64,000 bases of DNA from Alphaproteobacteria bacterium (lineage in GTDB: Bacteria > Pseudomonadota > Alphaproteobacteria > GCA-2731375). The DNA is taken from positions 384,001 to 448,000 of the forward strand of contig CBDDBZ010000038.1 of NCBI GenBank assembly GCA_965225945.1. Reading direction: 5' to 3'. The position numbers and the translations under genes are program-made. Under the pieces are notes generated by a model. That model searched no databases and was not told where the DNA came from. It saw only the letters and a program-made list of their open reading frames with translations. The first letter of the stretch is position 1. Each line of letters opens with the position of its first letter. Below are positions 59,078 through 64,000 of this stretch, piece by piece.

Positions 59078-60643
59078 TCAGACGCCGTCGGGACCGACGT
59101 CGGCGACGGCGCGGGCGATGAGCGAGGCCCGATCGATCTTGTTGGTGGCGGCGAGCGGCAGGTGGTCGACCAGGAAGACGCGCCTGGGGTGTTGGTAGGC
59201 GGGACCATCGCGGAGCGCGTGGGCCTTGACGGCGGCCTCGTCGAGGCCCGCGCCCGCGCGTGGCACGACGAAGGCGACCGGCTTCTGGCCCTTGATCTCG
59301 TCCGCTACCGGCACGACGCAGGCCTGGTCGATATCCGGGTGGCGCTCCAGCAGCGCCTCGACGTCGCCCGGATAGACGTTCTCGCCGCCGCAGTTGAACA
59401 TGTCATCCGCCCGGCCGACGAAGGTGTAGAAGCCGTCGGCGTCGCGCGACATGACGTCGCCGGTGTCGTACCAGCCGTCCGCCGTCATCCGCTCCGCCGT
59501 CTTTTCGGCCAGGTTGTGATAGCCCGGCATTATCGCCGGCGTGTTCATCTGCAACACGCCCTGGTCCCTCTTCCGGCCCTGGTCGTCGACCAGGCGAATG
59601 CCGATCCCCGGCACCGGATGGCCGATGGCGATGTCGGGCCGGGCCAGGCCGTCGGGGTGCGGGCCGAAGACCCCTGCGCCCGCCTCCGTCGTGCCATAGG
59701 CGTTGGCGATCAAGGCGCCCGGGAAGATCCGCTTCACCTGGTCCATCAGCTTCTGGGTCACCGGCGAGGAGCCGGTCATGACGATTTCCACGCTCGAGAG
59801 GTCAGCCGTCTCCAGCAGCGCCCGCTCGCGCGCGACCAGCGCCAGCATGGTCGGCACCGAGGTCAGGAAGCTGCAGCCATGGTCCTCGATCGCACGGATG
59901 TAGGCGGGTGCGGTGAACGCCGGCAGCAACACCAGGCTCGCGTGGTTGGCGAAGGCGATCTTGGTCGAGATCAGCGCGTTCATGTGATAGAGGGGTGCGG
60001 CCACGAGAAACCGATGCGGGGCGCAGTCGGGGTCGACCTTGCGCCGCGTCTCGATCACCCAAAGCTGTCCGGCATGGCTCAGCGGCACGCCCTTGGGCCG
60101 ACCCGACGAGCCCGAGGTGTAGAGAAACATGGCGATCTCGCCCGTCGCCGGTTCCACCGTCTCGAAGGGGCCGGGATCGAGGAAGGCGTCGAACCCGTCA
60201 GGCCCGTCGTCGCCGAAGATAATCGTCGCCACGTCGTCGGGGCACTCGGCGCGGCGATCGGAATCGGCCAGGATCAACCGCGCCTCGCAGTCGTGCAGGA
60301 TGAATTGCACGGTCTCGGGGGCGAAGCGCCAGCTCACCGGGACGGCGACCAGGCCGGCCATCATGGCGCCGAAGTAGCTGGTGGCGAATTCGGCCCGGTT
60401 GGCGGAGAGGATCGCCACCCGCTCGCCGCGCGCGAGGCCGCGCGCCCGGAGCCCGCGCGCGACCGCGCGGGCCTCCGCCCGCACCTCGGCGTGGCTCATC
60501 CTCCGGGGCCGGGCGGGATCGAGCAGATCGATCAGCGCCGGCGCCGCCATGTCGCGCCCCGGGGGCCAAAGATCGCCGAGATTCGTGGGCACCGCTTCTC
60601 CCGAGTTCGTGTCCTTCCACGGGGGACCATCATGCGACGCCAT
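59078..60643 (-). CDS. Class I adenylate-forming enzyme (acyl-CoA ligase)
   Basis: LYTSGSSGRPKG, AYGTTE, YDTGD, GENVYP; start uncertain. Confidence 0.9.
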   Translation of the reverse strand: MASHDGPPWKDTNSGEAVPTNLGDLWPPGRDMAAPALIDLLDPARPRRMSHAEVRAEARAVARGLRARGLARGERVAILSANRAEFATSYFGAMMAGLVAVPVSWRFAPETVQFILHDCEARLILADSDRRAECPDDVATIIFGDDGPDGFDAFLDPGPFETVEPATGEIAMFLYTSGSSGRPKGVPLSHAGQLWVIETRRKVDPDCAPHRFLVAAPLYHMNALISTKIAFANHASLVLLPAFTAPAYIRAIEDHGCSFLTSVPTMLALVARERALLETADLSSVEIVMTGSSPVTQKLMDQVKRIFPGALIANAYGTTEAGAGVFGPHPDGLARPDIAIGHPVPGIGIRLVDDQGRKRDQGVLQMNTPAIMPGYHNLAEKTAERMTADGWYDTGDVMSRDADGFYTFVGRADDMFNCGGENVYPGDVEALLERHPDIDQACVVPVADEIKGQKPVAFVVPRAGAGLDEAAVKAHALRDGPAYQHPRRVFLVDHLPLAATNKIDRASLIARAVADVGPDGV

Positions 60644-60708
60644 GGGCGAGACCCGCAACCGGTTCCCGGGAACTCGGTTCCCGGCGCGCCGGCGGCTAGG
60701 TGCCTCCG

Positions 60709-61641
60709 ATGCGCCCGCTCGCCCGCCTGAACGAGCTAACGAACCGCTTCCTCGACAGCGACATCTGGTTCAGCTTTACCCGGTCCAAGGTGACGATGAC
60801 GGCGGCGGCGGTGACCGTTCTGCTGTTGGCCTCGGCCATCCTGGCGCCGCTGCTATCGCTGCAGAATCCCTTCGATCCGGCGAGCCTCGACCTGCTCGAC
60901 GCCTTCAGCCCGCCGATCTGGCACGAGGACGGCGTCTGGCAGTATCCGCTCGGCACCGACAATCAGGGCCGCGACATGTATTCGGCGATCCTCTACGGCA
61001 GCCGGGCCTCGCTCTTGGTCGGCTTCGCCAGCGTCGGGCTGGCGATGATCCTGGGCGTCGGCCTCGGCCTCCTCTCGGGCTATCTCGGCGGTGCCCTCGA
61101 CGCCGTGATCATGCGGGTCGCCGACGTGCAGATCAGATTCCCGGCGATCCTGATCGCCCTGCTGATCGACGGCGTGATGCGCGCCGTCCTGCCGAAGGAC
61201 CAGCACGATCAGTTGGCGCTTTACGTCCTGGTGCTGGCGATCGGGCTCTCGCAATGGGTCCAGTTCGCCCGCACCGTGCGCGGCTCCACCATGGTCGAGC
61301 GCAACAAGGAATACGTCCAGGCCGCCCGTGTGATCGGCATGCCGCCGGTGCTGATCATGCTGCGCCACGTGCTGCCGAACGTCATGGGACCGGTGTTGGT
61401 GATCGCCACCATCGGGCTCGCGGTGGCGATCTTGACCGAGGCCACGCTCTCCTTCCTGGGCGTCGGCGTGCCGCCCACGGAACCATCGCTCGGCACCTTG
61501 ATCCGGATCGGCAACGATTTTCTCTTCTCCGGCGAATGGTGGATCGTGATCTTTCCGGGGCTGACCTTGGCTACCCTGGTATTGGCGGTGAACCTGCTGG
61601 GCGACTGGCTGCGCGACGCCCTCAACCCGAAGCTTCGTTAG
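60709..61641 (+). CDS. Peptide ABC transporter permease (DppC/OppC-like)
   Basis: PLGTDNQGRD, EYVQAARVIG, HVLPN, EATLSFLG, NLLGDWLRDALNPK. Confidence 0.92.
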   Translation: MRPLARLNELTNRFLDSDIWFSFTRSKVTMTAAAVTVLLLASAILAPLLSLQNPFDPASLDLLDAFSPPIWHEDGVWQYPLGTDNQGRDMYSAILYGSRASLLVGFASVGLAMILGVGLGLLSGYLGGALDAVIMRVADVQIRFPAILIALLIDGVMRAVLPKDQHDQLALYVLVLAIGLSQWVQFARTVRGSTMVERNKEYVQAARVIGMPPVLIMLRHVLPNVMGPVLVIATIGLAVAILTEATLSFLGVGVPPTEPSLGTLIRIGNDFLFSGEWWIVIFPGLTLATLVLAVNLLGDWLRDALNPKLR

Positions 61642-61759
61642 CCGCGCTATTGCGGGGGTAATGCCACATTTCGCGCGCCCAACCGCAACCTTGCCAAGGC
61701 TGGGTGCTTTCTCCGACAATGCGACCCGACCGCCGCCGCCGCGGAAGAGGTGACACGCC

Positions 61760-62629
61760 ATGGCGATGACCCAAGGGCACGACCAGCGCTTCGAGATCCG
61801 TCCGCTCGGCCGCACCTTCGGTGCCGAGATCCACGCCATCCAGCTCGCCCGCGACGTCGACGACGCGCTGTTCGAGGCGATCCATGCCGCCTTCCTCGAG
61901 CACCAGTTGCTGCTGTTCCGCGACCAGGATCTGCCGCCGGCCGACCAAGTCGCCTTCGCCCGGCGCTTCGGCGAGGTGCAGATCCACGTGATGAACCAGT
62001 ATCATACCGGCGACCACCCAGAACTCTACACCCTCACCAACCTGGCCGCGGACGGCAATCCCTCGGGCACCCATCCCGACAGGGGCACGCTCCATTGGCA
62101 CACCGACAATTCCTGGTCCAAGGTCACCGGCCAGGCGACGATGCTCTATGTCGAGGTGGCGCCCGAGGAAGGCGGCGGCACCGGCTGGGCCGACATGTAT
62201 TGCGCGCACGACGCCATGAGCGCGGCCGAGCGGGCCGAGTTCGCCTCGATCCGCGCGGTTCACGACCTGAATTTCTCCCGCACCCGCCGGCACCCCGAGG
62301 ATCCGATGACCGACGGGCAGCGCCGCCTGAAGCCGCCGGTCGACCATCCGATCGTCCGCACCCACGGCGAGACCGGGCGCAAATGCATCTTTCTGGGCGA
62401 TCATGCCTCGCACATTCTCGGCCGGCCGATGCCTGAGGGGCGGGAGATGGTGGCGGCGCTGAACCGCCGGATCGTCGAATTCGACAATATCTATCACCAC
62501 ACCTGGCGGGCGGGAGATTTCGCCGTCTGGGACAACCGTTGCCTGCTGCACAGGGCGGACGAATACGACGCCAAGACCCAGCGCCGGGTGATCCGCCGCT
62601 GCACGATTTTGGGCCAGGTGCCGGAATGA
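61760..62629 (+). CDS. TauD/TfdA family dioxygenase
   Basis: WHTDNSW, HPIVRTH, WDNRCLLHRA. Confidence 0.9.
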   Translation: MAMTQGHDQRFEIRPLGRTFGAEIHAIQLARDVDDALFEAIHAAFLEHQLLLFRDQDLPPADQVAFARRFGEVQIHVMNQYHTGDHPELYTLTNLAADGNPSGTHPDRGTLHWHTDNSWSKVTGQATMLYVEVAPEEGGGTGWADMYCAHDAMSAAERAEFASIRAVHDLNFSRTRRHPEDPMTDGQRRLKPPVDHPIVRTHGETGRKCIFLGDHASHILGRPMPEGREMVAALNRRIVEFDNIYHHTWRAGDFAVWDNRCLLHRADEYDAKTQRRVIRRCTILGQVPE

Positions 62630-62675
62630 GCGGGGACGGCGGGCGCGGCGCCGGCTGAGACGAGGGAGGGACCCA

Positions 62676-62903
62676 ATGGCCGAGATCACGGTGGAATTCG
62701 TGGCGCTCATGGCACGGACCTGGCACGGCATCGAACTCGACGGAAACGCGGCGGACGGCATCGCCCGCATGCTGCGGCCGATGGAGGCGGCGGCCGAAAG
62801 CGCCGCGGCGGATCTGGATTTCGAATCCGAGCCGGCCGACTTCACCCGGCTGCTCGACGAACTAGCCGACGGAGGGGCGAACGAGGGGGCGGGCGAGGGA
62901 TGA
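62676..62903 (+). CDS. Small acidic protein coupled to the amidase (GatC/AtzG-like?)
   Basis: 75 aa, LDFESEPADF motif, GGGAGGG RBS, ATGA overlap with the amidase. Confidence 0.6.
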   Translation: MAEITVEFVALMARTWHGIELDGNAADGIARMLRPMEAAAESAAADLDFESEPADFTRLLDELADGGANEGAGEG

Positions 62904-64000
62904 GCGAGGCGTTTCGCGGCTGGACGCTGGTCGAGACGGCGGCGCGGGTGGCCGCCCGCGAGGTCTCGGGCGAGGAGGTGGCGCGGGCCGCGATCGCCCG
63001 GGCGGAGGCGGCACAACCGGCGCTCAACGCCTTCATCCATCTGGAGGCCGAGGCGGCACTTCGCCAGGCCCGCGCGGTCGATGCGGCGATTCGGCGGGGC
63101 GAGGCGGCGGGGCCGCTCGCCGGCGCGCCGCTGGCGCACAAGGACATGTACTACCGAGCAGGCCGGCTCTCGACCGCCGGCTCGGCGATCCGGCGCGACT
63201 TCGTGCCCTCGACCACGGCGAGCGTGCTGACACGGCTGGATCGCGCCGGCGCGCTCGACCTCGGCGGCCTCAACATGAGCGAGTTCGCGGTCGGGCCGAC
63301 CGGCCACAACCGGCATTACGGCGATTGCCACAATCCCTGGAACCTCGAGCACGCGCCGGGCGGCTCCTCCTCCGGCTCCGGCGCCAGCGTGGCGGCGGGC
63401 GTGCTGGGGGGCGCGCTCGGCTCCGACACCGGCGGCTCGATCCGCATCCCCTCCGCCATGTCCGGCGTCGTCGGCCTGAAGCCGACCCAGACCCGGGTCT
63501 CCCGGCACGGCATTCTGCCGCTCTCGTTCTCCTTCGATTGCGTCGGCCCGCTGACCCGCACCGTGCGCGACGCGGCCCGCATCCTCTCGGTGATCGCCGG
63601 GCGCGACGCCGCCGATTCCACCTCCAGCACGCGCCCCGTCCCCGATTACGAGGCAGGCCTCGACGGGCCGGTGGGCGAGCTGCGGCTGGGCGTGCCGACG
63701 AGCTACTATTACGACGGCTTGACGGCGGAAGTGGCCGGCGCGGTCGCCGCGGCTCGGGCCGTCTTCGCCGATCTCGGCGTGGCCGCGCGCGAGGTCGAGG
63801 TGCCGAGCCACGAGGAGATGAACCTGATCTGGCCGATCGCGCTCTCGGCCGAGGCGGCGACGATCCATCGCCGCTGGCTGCGCGAGCGTCCGGGCGACTA
63901 TCAGCCGCAGGTCCGCCGGCGGATCGAGGTGGGGCTCTATCAGCCGGCGACCCGATATATCGAGGTGATCACGCTCAGGCAGCGCTTCACCCGCGACTTC
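62900..64000 (+). CDS. Amidase signature family protein (runs off window end)
   Basis: Manual translation: LAHKDMY, LNMSEFA, PGGSSSGS, GSDTGGSIRIP. Confidence 0.9.
   Translation, partial: MSEAFRGWTLVETAARVAAREVSGEEVARAAIARAEAAQPALNAFIHLEAEAALRQARAVDAAIRRGEAAGPLAGAPLAHKDMYYRAGRLSTAGSAIRRDFVPSTTASVLTRLDRAGALDLGGLNMSEFAVGPTGHNRHYGDCHNPWNLEHAPGGSSSGSGASVAAGVLGGALGSDTGGSIRIPSAMSGVVGLKPTQTRVSRHGILPLSFSFDCVGPLTRTVRDAARILSVIAGRDAADSTSSTRPVPDYEAGLDGPVGELRLGVPTSYYYDGLTAEVAGAVAAARAVFADLGVAAREVEVPSHEEMNLIWPIALSAEAATIHRRWLRERPGDYQPQVRRRIEVGLYQPATRYIEVITLRQRFTRDF

Overview
GC-rich window, probably from an alphaproteobacterium (EipA/DUF1134, DUF4170, phasin with PhaR-type boxes, alpha-type rpsU). Most genes are metabolic: amidases, acyl-CoA ligases, TauD dioxygenases, Mo hydroxylases, a GMC oxidoreductase. 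Main highlights: (1) a Shango-type anti-phage locus (TerB-domain protein, DUF2791 ATPase, Lhr-like helicase). Once an 89-bp tandem duplication is collapsed, its TerB protein is fused to a signal peptide, three peptidoglycan-binding domains and a transmembrane helix. (2) A probable selenoprotein truncated by the ORF track: a UxxC glutaredoxin fused to a DinB-like domain, with a SECIS-like hairpin, lying where hcrB is expected after hcrCA. (3) A group IIC intron behind the HU terminator carrying three nested IS elements. (4) An rpsU gene missed by the ORF track, with an apparent ATC start and three tandem Shine-Dalgarno units. (5) A DUF1902/HicA cassette between 143-bp direct repeats with a dead toxin. 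Two CTAG-bounded palindromic elements and many frameshifts or nonsense codons are also present; the lesions reflect gene decay or assembly error. All family assignments come from motif recognition by eye; no searches were run.
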